A program made the translations under genes and the position numbers. The notes under the pieces were generated by a model. The model did no database searches. It saw only the letters and a program-made list of their open reading frames with translations, and was not told where the DNA came from. From Raillietiella orientalis (taxonomy: Eukaryota), in NCBI GenBank assembly GCA_036172245.1, contig JAYWIR010000016.1:434001-498000 (forward strand): 64,000 bases of DNA. Reading direction: 5' to 3'. Shown here one piece after another: positions 40,613 to 52,165 of this stretch. Numbering within the stretch: the stretch's first letter is position 1; each line of letters starts with the position of its first letter.

Positions 40613-41017
40613 CTAGCAGCAGGAACAAAGACCTTCGTCTCCTTCGCTCTCCTCCAGAAATCGGGTTGGGAAACTATGGAAACGCAGCCACGTGAGCGTG
40701 AACCCACTGTTTCTGGCGACAAGCGGCGAAGGGATTCGGAGACGAGGCTCACCTTTCAGATTTTCGGGGACTAGAATCGTTCTGGACACTGTTAATTCCT
40801 TCTTCTGGATGCGACAGATGAGCAGAAACACCAAGAAGATCACGAAGGCGGGATACAAGTAACGCGCGAAATCCGTGATTCCTTCGGTGTAATTCTTCCC
40901 CTGCCTACTTTCTGCAAATGCGAAATGCAGTGCTTTTGGAGAGGGAAAGTAGGTCTTTATCCATAAAGGCGAGCTGCTACTCAGGGAGAGATTGGAAGCT
41001 GGATCCACTTCCGTGAC
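40613..41017 (-). CDS. fend: fend-like exon 7 with TM helix; may splice out at 40753 (G|GTGAG) to a further exon starting at 40712
   Basis: TTGCTCAG acceptor, VTEVDP..., hydrophobic YLYPAFVIFLVFLLIC followed by basic RIQKK; stop at 40613 if unspliced. Confidence 0.7.
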   Translation of the reverse strand, partial: VTEVDPASNLSLSSSSPLWIKTYFPSPKALHFAFAESRQGKNYTEGITDFARYLYPAFVIFLVFLLICRIQKKELTVSRTILVPENLKGEPRLRIPSPLVARNSGFTLTWLRFHSFPTRFLEESEGDEGLCSCC

Positions 41018-44000
41018 CTGAGCAAACAAACCCGCTGTAAGAAACACTGCCCCGGATCGAGGGGGGGAGTCACTTAAGACTAACCCTCACGTGGGAAAGG
41101 GTGGGGGGAAGGCAGCTTTTCCTCTGGCTTACCTGTACTCTGTAGGTGGAGTTGGGCCAAAAGCACAAGGTGACATTGCTGATGTCCGTGACGAGGTGAC
41201 CTTTGATGTTGAAGACATCCTCGGCCACTTCCCATGTCACCAGGTAACTCGGTTTGACGAGCACGTTCCTGGGGTTCCAGCTGATCCGGGCAGTGACCGA
41301 GTTGCCGTCTCTGCTGGATTCCAGGGCATCCAGTCTCAAACTCCACGTAAACTGCTTCGAATCATTCGCGTCGTCCATGCCGGCAACCACGGTACCTGAT
41401 TTTGAACTCGCGTCGCCGCCGAGTCGCTGTGGTGGTCGGCAGGCTCGTTCTGCTTGACTTGCTGCACGACCTGCAGGTGTCTGTCGTTGGTCTTCCCTCC
41501 TCTCAGCGAGCAGACCTCCGAAGAACTGATCACGCCGCTATGCGTGATGGCCAGTATCCTCAGGCACTCCGAGACAACGTCAGCCACCGGCACGAACAGC
41601 GCATCAGTCTAACACGTAAAGAGGGCGCGTGAAACTTTCATTCCCTGGAAGAATGCGTGCACCTGTTGGAGGAACCTCCACACTTTTTTCGAATCCAAGT
41701 AATAGAGGGAGTACACCACCACAGTAGGGTGCTGGGCATCGAACCTATTCCACCGAAGCACCGATCCGACGATCTCTACCTCCGGATTCCAGTTTGCTTT
41801 GCTCGCAAGGGCACCCTGCTCTTTTGATTTCTTCTTGCGCAAGAAGCGACACGTCAATCCGTCTGGTTTCTGGAAGCAGGAGATGCGAGTTTTGTGCCGG
41901 CGGCACCGCCGCAACTCACCGGCTGGTTCTTGGAAAACTTGCAGGCACTTTTGTGGATGATGACTTCACATCTGTTCCAGCACTGAAACGCAGATGCGAG
42001 ATTAAAATATTATATATTATATCGAACTTTTCTGCTTTTCAGTGCAGCTGGCGAGGGCTGCCAAATCCTTCTTTCGAGACAGAGACAGTCAAGTGCTCCT
42101 TTTTTTTTTTGAAGCAACCGTCATCATCGCACTGCTCTCACAGGCCAATTGCTTTTTCCTTCCGCACCCCTATTTCGCCGCTTTTGATCAGTGCAGCAGC
42201 ACGCAGAAATTTCCGCATTCGTTGACCACGCCGACATGCGCTCAAGACCGCTCCCGAAATTCACGTCCGAAACCCGACCCTTGGCAGCCGGTCACCTTCT
42301 CCCTAGGTCAGCCTAGTGCCTGACACACATGCCATCAACAAATCTCAGACTCCGGTGCTGACAGAAAACACGCACTCCAGTTTCCGACGCGACCGTAGTT
42401 TTTCAGCCCTCTCCCAGCGCCATCGCCACCAAGCGGTCGCCCACCTGACTCTTCGGATAGAGTTCCAGCACAATTCTGGTCACGTAAACGAACCAACCTT
42501 TCCAGAAGTCAAGAGTGCACGCAGTGCCCGGGAAAAAAACTTCCTTGGCCTCAGGAGCTCGCCGAAAACTGTCGCAGCATTCGCTCCGCAACGAGGGCAT
42601 CGGCTCCCCGTCCTTGAAACCAAGAAAGACGACGAGGTTTGAGGAGGAGGCCTGAAGAGTGGTCTTCCGTCGGGCGATGCCTCCGCGAATATCCTGGTTT
42701 TGGGAGCGAGCGCTGCTCCAGCACCTGAGTTTCCCGGTGACCGGCGATCTCACATTACTATGCGCGCGCACGTTCGGAAACGATTACAAATGGAAGAGCA
42801 GCACGCGGCACCTGCAAGCCGTCAATTCCGGATTCACGAACGCCGCCCACATGGCTCGCATCCAGAGGCAGGTCACGCTGACAGTCGGGGACCCTGATCT
42901 CCAGGGTCAAGTCAGCAAGTGGCGACGGCTGCTACGATGGAGGTCCCTGGCGCGAAATCCCCCCTGAGAGAGGTGCCAGAAAGGCCATCCGTGGTGTCTT
43001 TACCAGCACATGCGCGACGGAGCTGGGTGCTTAGGGCCACGCCGCCAGCTGCACCTGTCCATTTTCTCGATGGTGGGAACAAAGATGCGGGATGAGATTT
43101 CCAGTGCGGCAGGATGACCACCGCCTGGATTCGAGGCACATGGGTAGACGGGAGTTTCGAGCACGGGTCAAGGCAAAAGGTCCCTTCCCTTCCAAGCAGC
43201 CTCTCTCTCCTCCTCCTAGCCTCTCACCTCCGGCAACACACACACTCCCGGTGTGCCATGAAAATCCCTCCTGCAGGATGCTTTCCCAAGAAGGGCAGAG
43301 CGGAACCCACCTGGGCACTGAGGTCCGCGGGAAAGAAAGCGGGACCCGGGAACACAACACTCACGACTTGGGCAAATGCACGGCAGCTCGACACCGGTCA
43401 TAAATCCCGAGCAGTGCGGAGTCTTTACAATGGACCACGCATCCAGGAGGCTTGATAAAGGCGAACAATCGTTTACAACCTCCGGAAGTGCAATCTCGAA
43501 ACGTCGAGCAAAAAGGGGGGAAGAGTTGAAAGGGACAGAAGGGGAATTTCCGCTTTCGAAAGAAAAAAAGAAAAAAAAGCGGAGAAAGGCGAAGCGCCCG
43601 CGCACGCTCCGGGCAGGGCAAAGCGACGAGCCCCCGGAAAGCGAAAGGCGGCAGGGATCTCACTTTGTAAGCATCGCATCCGGAAATCAGCATCATATAT
43701 CAAGTGCCGGGGAAGAGGAACAAAGGAGAGCGCCGCTCGCACTCGTTCCAGGTTCCCCCGAGTCGTCGCGTTTGAATCCCATTGAGGAAATGTCCCGCTG
43801 TCCTGCGCTTCAGGTTACAGGATACCGACTCGACACCCTGCCGTCGGAAGGCACCGAGGGAAGCACGTCCTCGGAAGAAGGTCGCTGAGACGAGAAGCGG
43901 ACAGGAGGATCTCCCGGAAAGAGAGAGGGTTGCCACGGCGGTCGGCAGCGGAAGTGGAGACTCACCCCTACGCCGAGGCACAAGACGACGCCACGGGAGC

Positions 44001-47000
44001 AAAGATCAAAGCGCAGCCGTTGCCCGCCGCGCATTTTTCCTTTTGATTTTTCTCCTCGATACTTTCGAGCCGAGATTCACCTTTTCCGGTCCCATGCCCC
44101 CGGGGTGCGGGGACGGCGGTGGGGAAAAACTCCGGGAACGGGAAACCGTAGCGCAGAGTAAAAAGGCAAGGAGGAGAGGGGCGGGCGGGAGGTCCATTGG
44201 AAAAAGGGAAAACGCTAGGGCGACCGGGGGTCGGGGAAATTCGTCAGGACCACGGTGACGGAAATTGGGCGAACCGGATGCTGCCGTCGTCACGGGACGC
44301 TGGCACGTTGTGTCGGCGCGCGGCACGTGCGCGCAGGCGCGACTTTCCGCGGTCTTCGGAGACAACGAAACACCAGGTTTCCGCCGGTTGCCACGACAAG
44401 CCACACCGCCGTATCCATGGCAATAATGTCACGGTCACGTGTGCCCTACGCCCATTCGAGCCCGCAATTTTATGCTTTCTAACTATGCGCGTCACTCGCG
44501 CGAGGAAACCTGTTGAGCGCAGGTCCCCCGCAGCTGTCTGAGTACTGGGGACCTACGCAAAGATCTCCGTGGAAACGCGCGCTGCGATGTTAGCTCTGCT
44601 GATACGGAGACCATCCGCCTAAAAACACTTCTGGCTACCGCTGCTGCTGAGGTCCTTTTTTTTTTTTTTCGCGCGGGCGCGTGTGCATTTGGAATGGATG
44701 GTGCTGGCATTCTCTATGCAGAGGAAAAAAAAAAGGATAAGTAACGCTAATGCGGATGGCAAGGGGATGGGGAAGGAGAGGTTCTGAGAGAGAGATCCTG
44801 GTCTGCCACAAACCCCTCACAACCACGTTCGTCACACGTGTGCGCCCTGACGCAAGAGGCGTGCAGGAGCACACCGAGCAGGGAAGGAAGAAACTCATGG
44901 ATGAGGTGCTGCTCTCCCGACCTGAAAGCCGGGAAAGCTCGGCGTGCATCGCTTCTCAAGGAACCAACTGGAGCGGACGCACTCAAAGGAACAAGAGGTG
45001 GCAGTCGCTACGCCGAGGACGGATCGCCCGGGTGCTTCATAAACACCGCGCAAAGCGACGGGTTTCCGGAGTCCAGGCTAGGAGGTGCCACTTTCGGGGG
45101 GAGGGAGAAGGGGAGAGGGACAGAAACCTGATCCGCAACGGGCCAGTGCCTCGAAGGCCAACGACGGTGCTCCCGCACCGGACAAGCAGCCGGAGTGTTT
45201 TAGAAGAGTTCTTTCGCACGCGAACGCAGCAGCTCGTGGCGGCACAACCGCGGGCTGACCACGATGGGAAAGGCGATGTTCCCCCACGAGGTGAGATGGC
45301 GATCCAGAGGGCGAAGCTGCGAGCACAGTAAGGGTTAAGGACCATTGCGTGGCACCGCAAGCGTAGCCCACTGGGTGTGCGCGTCTTCCGCGCGCCCGCG
45401 CGAGGCGAGGTGCGTCGGACTCGCCGCCGCACGACCGAGCGGTGGCTGATCGGTGCGGCGATGCGGCGAAAGGGACTCCTCCCAAGCCACCGAGTGCCTA
45501 ACCACGCATCGACTTCATGCGAGCCACGGAAGGGAGCATGTGGGCTGCGGCCACCATTAACGCAGCCCCTCCGGTTCGAAGGGGAAGAACAGACAGAACG
45601 CGGTTGGTGACGAAGGAACCACTTCGCTCGGAAGTTAGGGGTCACTCTTGGGAAGCTGGGAACAGATGAACGTCAGAGGGGGGGAGGGGGGGCGCATTCG
45701 GATGCTTCGACAGCCAGCACGGAGGAATCCCTCCGAGCACCCCAACACGCGGTGCTGGCAAGGCCAAGGGGCTTGCGCCGAGGAATGCGCGGCTTAGCAG
45801 CTTCACGGAGGCTGCGGAAAAAATCCAAGGCTGTGACGGAATGCCCGCTGTCACGGCAGCGTCAGTGAGTGGTCTGCAAAGCCATCCTGGGCTGACACTC
45901 GAACCCCTCTTAGGATTCGTTTCGTTACCAGCAAAAAAGGGAAAAGAGGATGTTCGCAAGGCGCGAAAACGTCGCTACTGGAGTTCTTCAAGAGCTCTGC
46001 CAAGGTTCGGCCGAGTCTCCCGGAGTGGAGGACCTTTCGAGCGACGGAGGAGGGAGGGGGGACCGAATCGAAAAGACGGGAAAGAATTCGCGCGACCCGG
46101 CAGATGCAATAATTCACCAGGATGATTCATTGGAAGACTTCGCTCCCGGCTCCCGGCACGAACAGGGATAAATCATCGGAGAACTGATGAAAACGAGCGC
46201 TCCGATCGCCGCTCCCTCGCCCAACGGAGCTCCCAGCGGCCCCCGTTGGTGATGCCTTGCTGGAGAGGGGGGACGAGTCCTGTAAATTCGGTTTACGTTT
46301 ACCGCAGTTACCTTCGCGGCCGGGCGCGCCCTACGAATGGGAAGCAGCCGACTCCCCTGCCGCACGCTCCCTACAGATACGCAGGGGGAACCTCTTCCTG
46401 TGGTGTCGAGAGGTGAGGCGTGCAGCACCCTATAGATTCCCTGATCCGAGAATTTGGGAGAGGAGAGGGGAGAATTCGTGCCTGCTTCATCCATGGTCAA
46501 ACCTACGTCTCCCCTCTGACTCCAGGAACCACGGGTTCGTCCGTTCTTACGTCCGGGTCTTCCAATGTTTCGCGCGCGCGGTGCCGAGGCGGTCGGCACT
46601 TCCAGCCTGCTCCCGTGCCAGTCCTGCGCAGCGGAGGTGTGCCCACCTAGCTGTCCTAATTCCCTGGCACGAATACTTCGATCCTTTTTCCGACAGGAGA
46701 GCTGACGACCCTACGATTCTTGCCGACCCTGTGGCTCGCTGCTCTTCCCTTTTCTTCCAGGTCAATACGCAACAGGGGAAGACCCCAAAATGTTCCGGCG
46801 GCAGCCCCTTGAGTTCCCGCAGCTCGCTCGGTCTCACCGCGTCGGACAAGGACTTCATCGGGGGAGGGGGAGGGGAAGAGGCATCGACCCGAGAAAGCCC
46901 CCTCCAAACGATCAAAATCTTCAGTACGCCGGGTCGCTCCTGGTCCCGGATCCCGTCACGGGGAAGCGTGCCCGGACTGCGCTACCTTGGGGTATCCGCC

Positions 47001-50000
47001 GCTCGACTCGAAAACACCCTGCTTCTTTTTACCACGGGATTCCTGGATCCAGCAAGGGTCCGCTGCCTCTTGTCCGGCCCGATCGCATCGCGGGAGAATG
47101 GCCAACGCCCACATCCGGTCCTCTACGTAGCAATCCGGGAACGCTTCCGCGCCCGCTGAACGGAAGGACCCTCGGCGCGAAAAAGGCATCGTATCAGCGG
47201 ATACGAGAGCCGTCCCCCAGAAGCGGCCCCCACCGCCCTCTTTGAGAAAGGAAACAAAAAAAAAAAGAAAAGCAACCGGGAGCCGACCACATCGGCAACT
47301 CCCGTTCCCTGCTGTCGTGCTCGCCGGTCCCGCCGCCGTTCCACCCGGGCGCCGGGCGCTCCGATCCCAGCCGCAAACTCTCCTGCCTTTTCTCAATTTT
47401 CCATCTGAGCAGACTTTCAGAATGGGCAATTTCGGTCCCTCCGTGAATGGGGCCGGGGCATCTGCGAAACGTTCAAAGCAGCTGATTGATCCATTCAAAG
47501 CGAGGCTTCCAGCCACTCCGCTGAATGAATTCATTCACGTTCGCTCCCCCTCCCCCCTTCCCCTCCCTCTTTTTGAGTTTCTCGCAGTTTTCCGTCCGAA
47601 ATTCCTGATCCTTGTCATCCGGGGCCAAGGCTAATCTCGCCCGTGACTCGCGCGAACAACAACAGAAAGGGGACCCCGTTCCTCGGAGCGAAGCGCGTCA
47701 TCCGGCCGAATGGCCGCGCCGCTCACGCGTGCAGCTGCGGAGGAGCCGCGCGGCGCGCCGCCCGCATTCCACTCGCCCGCCGCCGCTTCGTGGCCGGCCG
47801 GCCGCCATCGTCGGACGCCACTGCTGGAAGGCGCGGCGGCGCCTTTTCCCCTCCCAACGCCTCTCGCGCTACCGGCTCCCCTCCCCTTCCGTGCATCCAG
47901 AGCTCGCGCCAGCAGCTCACGCGCGCGCCATCTCCGCGCCCACGCGAAAGAGGCAGAGGCGCGAAGCGAAGTCCCGGGACCTCTCTCTCTTTCTTGGTTT
48001 GGATCAACAGGCGCGCGCGCTTGCGAGGGGGCGATCCACGTCACACGTCCGGAGCGCCGCCGCCCTCGTGGGGCGAAAACGCGCGCGCTCCGCAGACTCC
48101 CCAGAGGACGAGCAGGGGATCCGAAAAAGTGATGGGGATCGCCACTGGGGTTCTCCACCCCCAGCATCACAGTAAGAAAGCTGGAGATCGCGCCCACGCA
48201 CGGCCTTTTCAGCTCACTGCAGCACATCTGCCAGAGGACAACGCATTCCTGGAATGCACGCCCGCAAAGACGTGCTCGCGGGCGCCCATTCAGGGGGAGA
48301 CGCTCACAATTAGGGGATTATTTTAGCCCCTTACCTTGGAGCAGGTCTTTTGCAGCAGGCAGCTCCTGCGGTTCCTCCACTCGTGGGCACTCGTGGTCTG
48401 CAACGGAACAAAGAGAAAGGTGAGGTAGGCGACAGGATTCTCGGCGCGCGCGCCTGGAGGAGGAGGCCGGAGGATTTCGTGGGGCGAGAGATTGCGCCCG
48501 CTCCCGGCGAAGAGAAGCCGCGAACTCCTCCCGGTGTGCTTTGTTTTCCCGGGGAGTGGTGCCCACCCCGGTGCGGGGCTGCGAAAAGGGCGAGCATGCG
48601 CACGCGCGGGTGAAGGGAGAGGGACTTGGCTTCAAAACAACCCCCGAGTCGAACCTCGCCTGAGATTGGTCGCAGCGTGTGCGTGGGGGGGGAGGGGATG
48701 GTTGCTGGCCGAAAGGTTCAAGGCGGCGCCCAGGAGCGGCCCGGAACAAGACAGGGAAGCGGGCATCCTCTTCCCGCTCGAGACTCCGCCGCTCTCTGGG
48801 AACCTCAACAGCGCAGAGACCCTTCCTGCCTCAGACGATGATCCGAGCGCCGCCTCCGGCGACGGCGGCAGCAGCCCGCTCGCGTTTGCGCGCGCGCGAG
48901 CAAGCACGCACGCACGGGGCGGACGGGCGCCCTACGCACCGAGGACTCGACGGAGCAGTTCCGCGGGAAACCGAGGGGCGACCGGCGGAAAATTTACTGT
49001 CCATCCGGTCGTGGATGCGTATGCGCAGGAGGCGGAAAGAAAGCAGTCAGACGGGTAAACAAGAGAAGAAAGACGTTGACGCTGCGTTGTCAAGGGAGCG
49101 ATCGCGCTCCAAGGAATTATGAGCGGGACGCGGCTGCCGTTTTCACCTTTCAGCTGTCCCCCTGGGACGCGGCGGGCCACCCCCGAATCACGGTTTTTCC
49201 CTATTCCGGGGAAGCGGACACCGGTGATTAGCGGGGGAGTTCGAAAACACAGGACAGCTGAGCTTCGCCTAGCAACCGCGGAGGCGTGAAGGCGGGAGGA
49301 AGAGACGCGGATGGAGGGGCGAGAAGGGAAGGGAGCCATGCGAGCACGGCCGTGGACGAAAGCGCCCGCGATATTCCTCGTGGGAACGCGACGGTTCCCT
49401 GGCAGCTCCAAAAGTCGGCGGAGAAAAGAGGGTGGCGCCGGTGGTGCGCGTCCCGGCGCTGCCTCGACATCCGCGGAATCGATCGGGGTGGTGCCGAGTC
49501 GGGAGCCGGCGCCACCGGTGCTCGCTGTCGAATCCCTTCGCCTGCGATCCGCGGCTCTTAAGGGGAGGGGAGAGAGGGGGGTAAGGGGGGAGAAAGAAAT
49601 ATCCCCCTTCTGAATCCGAAATGCCCCCTCTCAGTTCCCGTGGCCAGGAAAAAAAAGCTGCCCTTTCCCTCTCTCCTCGAGGGAGGAGGAGGTGCGGCTG
49701 ACAGCACCGGCGTCCCTCGGGGGGAGTCGGCGCACGGAGCAAGGCCGGCGGCGACTCGCCGTGGACAAGGCCGGAGGGAGGAAGCGCCTCGGTCCGACTT
49801 GATCAGCGGAATACGCACGCACTCACGCGAGCGTGCGCGCGGCTGCCCTGCACTCTCGCTTTCCTTCCGTGACATCCCTGGAGTCCACCGTTGCCTGGAC
49901 CTCGGGGGAGGCGGGGTGCGCCTTCCAAGGGAGCACAGGACCCACAGGGGAAGGACGACAAGAGGAAGAGGAGGGCAGGGGGAAACTTTAAGGAGCTCGG

Positions 50001-50210
50001 CGCGGATGGGTCGTGGGGCGGGAGGTCCGTTCCTTTCCGGGAAGGAGGGGGGAAGGGGGTGCGTGTTACCTTGTACAAACAGTCCGCCCTGCACTGTGCC
50101 ATCTCTATCGACCTTTCTTCGTCGAACGCCGCCACCGGTTCCCACGGCACCGCACTCAGCCTGGGGAAGGCGAGGAGCCGAAGCAGCAGCAGCACCTCCA
50201 CCAACTCCAT
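40613..50210 (-). CDS. fend: Transmembrane protein fend (forked end)-like gene, at least 7 coding exons, ~436 aa if the last exon is unspliced; signal peptide, anosmin-like Cys-rich N-terminus, FN3-like domains, one TM helix
   Basis: Phase-consistent GT-AG exon chain 50210-50070, 48397-48335, 41982-41920, 41869-41663, 41608-41396, 41351-41133, 41017-40613. It translates to MELVEVLLLLRLL..AQCRADCLYK|TTSAHEWRNRRSCLLQKTCSK|CWNRCE..|..YLVTWEVAEDVFNIKGHLVTDISNVTLCFWPNSTYRVQ|..YLYPAFVIFLVFLLICR. The VTWEV..KG.L.TD...VTL..WP..Y..QV motif matches arthropod fend-like proteins as I recall them. The 3' end and the exon 5/6 junction are uncertain. Confidence 0.8.
41133..41351 (-). CDS. fend: fend-like exon 6 (FTWSLRL...YLVTWEV...WPNSTYRVQ), FN3-like
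   Basis: Family-typical motif; CAG|GTAAGC donor at 41132; AAGCAG acceptor implies a 44-nt intron. Confidence 0.8.
41396..41608 (-). CDS. fend: fend-like exon 5 (TDALFVPV...LRILAITHSG...VQNQ)
   Basis: GTGTTAG acceptor after a 54-nt intron; CAG|GTACCG donor inferred to restore the frame into exon 6. Confidence 0.65.
41663..41869 (-). CDS. fend: fend-like exon 4 (KPDGLTCRFL...VVVYSLYY..VWRFLQQ)
   Basis: CTTCCAG acceptor after a 50-nt intron, CAG|GTGCAC donor, 207 nt open, FN3-like W/Y pattern. Confidence 0.75.
41920..41982 (-). CDS. fend: fend-like exon 3 (CWNRCEVIIHKSACKFSKNQP)
   Basis: TTTCAG acceptor, CCG|GTGAGT donor, 63 nt, phase 0-0, CWxxC motif. Confidence 0.8.
42500..43850 (+). mobile_element. 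Possible LINE ORF1/RT scraps in fend intron 2
   Basis: ERCQKGHPWC; LLLASHLRQH; AVRSLYNGP; weak motif matches only. Confidence 0.25.
44800..45620 (+). mobile_element. Gypsy integrase remnant in fend intron 2
   Basis: EHTEQGRKKL, NGPVP, LEEFF..AAQPRADHDG, NHASTSCEP..CGLRPP, in integrase motif order. Confidence 0.35.
48335..48397 (-). CDS. fend: fend-like exon 2 (TTSAHEWRNRRSCLLQKTCSK)
   Basis: Pyrimidine-rich ...TTGCAG acceptor, AAG|GTAAG donor, 63 nt, phase 0-0, supplies the expected cysteines. Confidence 0.75.
50070..50210 (-). CDS. fend: fend-like exon 1 (signal peptide + AQCRADCLYK)
   Basis: ATG at 50210, hydrophobic leader, AAG|GTAAC donor, 141 nt = 47 codons. Confidence 0.8.
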
Positions 50211-50869
50211 TGGCACTCGTTGTCGACACGCGTGCGTGCCCGCGAGAGCAAAGGCACCAAGCACCACCGCCTCCACCACCACGAGGACGACAGTCACCAC
50301 CGACGCGCCGACGCCGCCGCACTCCGCTGCTGCGAGGGCGCGCACTGTCTCGGATCAGCTCGACGCCGCAGAGAGAGGATCTCGCGACTACGCGCACTGC
50401 ACCTCGGGACAAGATAAAGCGTGAGGACTTACGGAGGGGGAGATTTAAGAAAGGGGGGGAGGGGAGGGAAAAAAGGGCGGCCCCAACCGGAGGGAAGCAT
50501 CACTTTTTGAAAGTCGCCAAAACATTGTTTACGAAAGCGCGCAGAGGTCACTCGGCAAACAGCTGGCAGCCGAGCAGAGAGGAAGGCGGAAAGAGTCCTC
50601 CTTCCTAAGAACGAACGGGGGGGGGGGAAGTCAGGGGGGAATACATCGAAAAGGTCGGGAGATGAGGCTAGTTTTGCACGGGGACCTTTCCTCTCCCTCA
50701 AAAGAGGAAGGCGTCGGTAGTGGTCCGAGAAGGTTGGCACGGATACCAGGCCGGAGATCCATCGCGACGTGAGAAAAATGCGTCTTTGAGACGTTCTCCT
50801 GCTCCCCCTTTTTTAAATTTTAACTCCTTTTGCTCCCTTCCCTCACGAGCCTGCGCTTCCCCCTTTCTA

Positions 50870-52165
50870 TCCGTCCTCCGGTGCACTGGCGGATCTGCCC
50901 GGGAATTTCACGAGAGTTTCCAGAGTCCAAGCCTTTTTTTTTGGCTTGTCTTTCGCCAGACGAGAGCAAGCTCCGCTACCATGGGAACCAGTGGATCGGA
51001 GCCTGGCGTAGGAGAGAGAGGGTTTCTTCCCGAAGGTGGACAGCAGCTACCGCTTTCCCGAGACGGGTGGCGCTGCTTCTCCTCGCACGCCCAGAATGCA
51101 CGGTCTTCTCAGATTACGGATGCAGCGGCATCTAAGCAGCTGATCCTCAAGCCAGCAGCATCTTGGGTTTCTCCATCATCTGCAGGCACCCGCTGTCTGT
51201 TGCCGCCGGGAGACAGACGCCATCCTGGGGAACACACACAGGAAGACCGCGAAAGTGTGACGTCCCCGCGGACGCGCTCCAAGAGTTCCAGAAACCTGTC
51301 GAAAATGTCCCCCCCTCCCCCTCCTTCAAGCTATTGAGACCAAGAATTCACCTCCAGAGACGATTCGTGCTTCTGTGACCCGTTCGCGGGGACTCTCGGC
51401 ATGGTATGGCGCTTCCTCGCCAGCCACTGCAAACCACCACCTCCACTTGTGTTCAGCAAGGAAAGTGGCCAGACGCGCTGGCGACATCCGTAAGCGGTTG
51501 GAGATGCTGCGCTGCCGACTGGGAGTTCATCCCACCCGCGGTTGTCACGCGATCACTCCGGGGGAGGCCTGTGGGACTGGGGGCGAGGAGGAAGGGGGGC
51601 GAGGCCCTGCCGCCGCCGCTGCACAGGCTTCTTGAACGCGGAAGCCTGCGCCGAAGAGGGGAGAGGCCGCTTCTCAGAGACACTTTGGCTCCCCGACTCT
51701 GCCCCATCGGGCGGACCCCTCCAAGGAGTGCTCACTCCTGCAAGGTTGCCAGTGCCACGTGCGAGCAGCGGTGACCGCGCGCGAAAATGAGGGGATGGGA
51801 GGGGGAAGAGGGTGCGGTCAACGTTCCAAGGGCCCCTGTTCACGGCCACCATCTCCGGCGTTGAAACGGCAACCAAAATGGCGCAATGTGGGATGTGAGG
51901 CTTGGAAGATCCTTCGGTTAGGCTATGAGTAGACGCCGATGAGCCTTCCTTCTCCATCTCTTCCCCTCCCATGCAGGCCCTAGGGGATCAGAAGGGGGGA
52001 GTGCCGCGAGGCCGATTCATCCCATTCCACATTTATCTACTGCTTTACTCTTTCCCACACCCCATTCCTCCTCCGCTCCTCCCTGGTTCTATTCCCTTTG
52101 ATTCGAGGCCGGCATCTGTCGTTCATTTTCTAACTGCGTCGATTTTATTTATTTACTTTAAATAA
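50870..52165 (+). mobile_element. Gypsy RT thumb / RNase H remnant followed by a possible PPT and LTR start
   Basis: SKLRYHG, GERGFLP, GFSIICRHPL (FS.IA.PL), ALQEFQKPV..RRFVLL, ARKVA..RLEML; purine tract agaaggggggag at ~51990 followed by TG. Confidence 0.45.

Noticed and set aside
50397..50432. Possible 36-nt 5' UTR intron of the fend-like gene (GTAAGT..TGCAG on the minus strand)
   Set aside because: Good donor but extremely short and untestable without transcripts
49558..50608. 322-aa (+) and 284-aa (-) ORFs
   Set aside because: Shadow frames of the GC-rich fend exon 1 region
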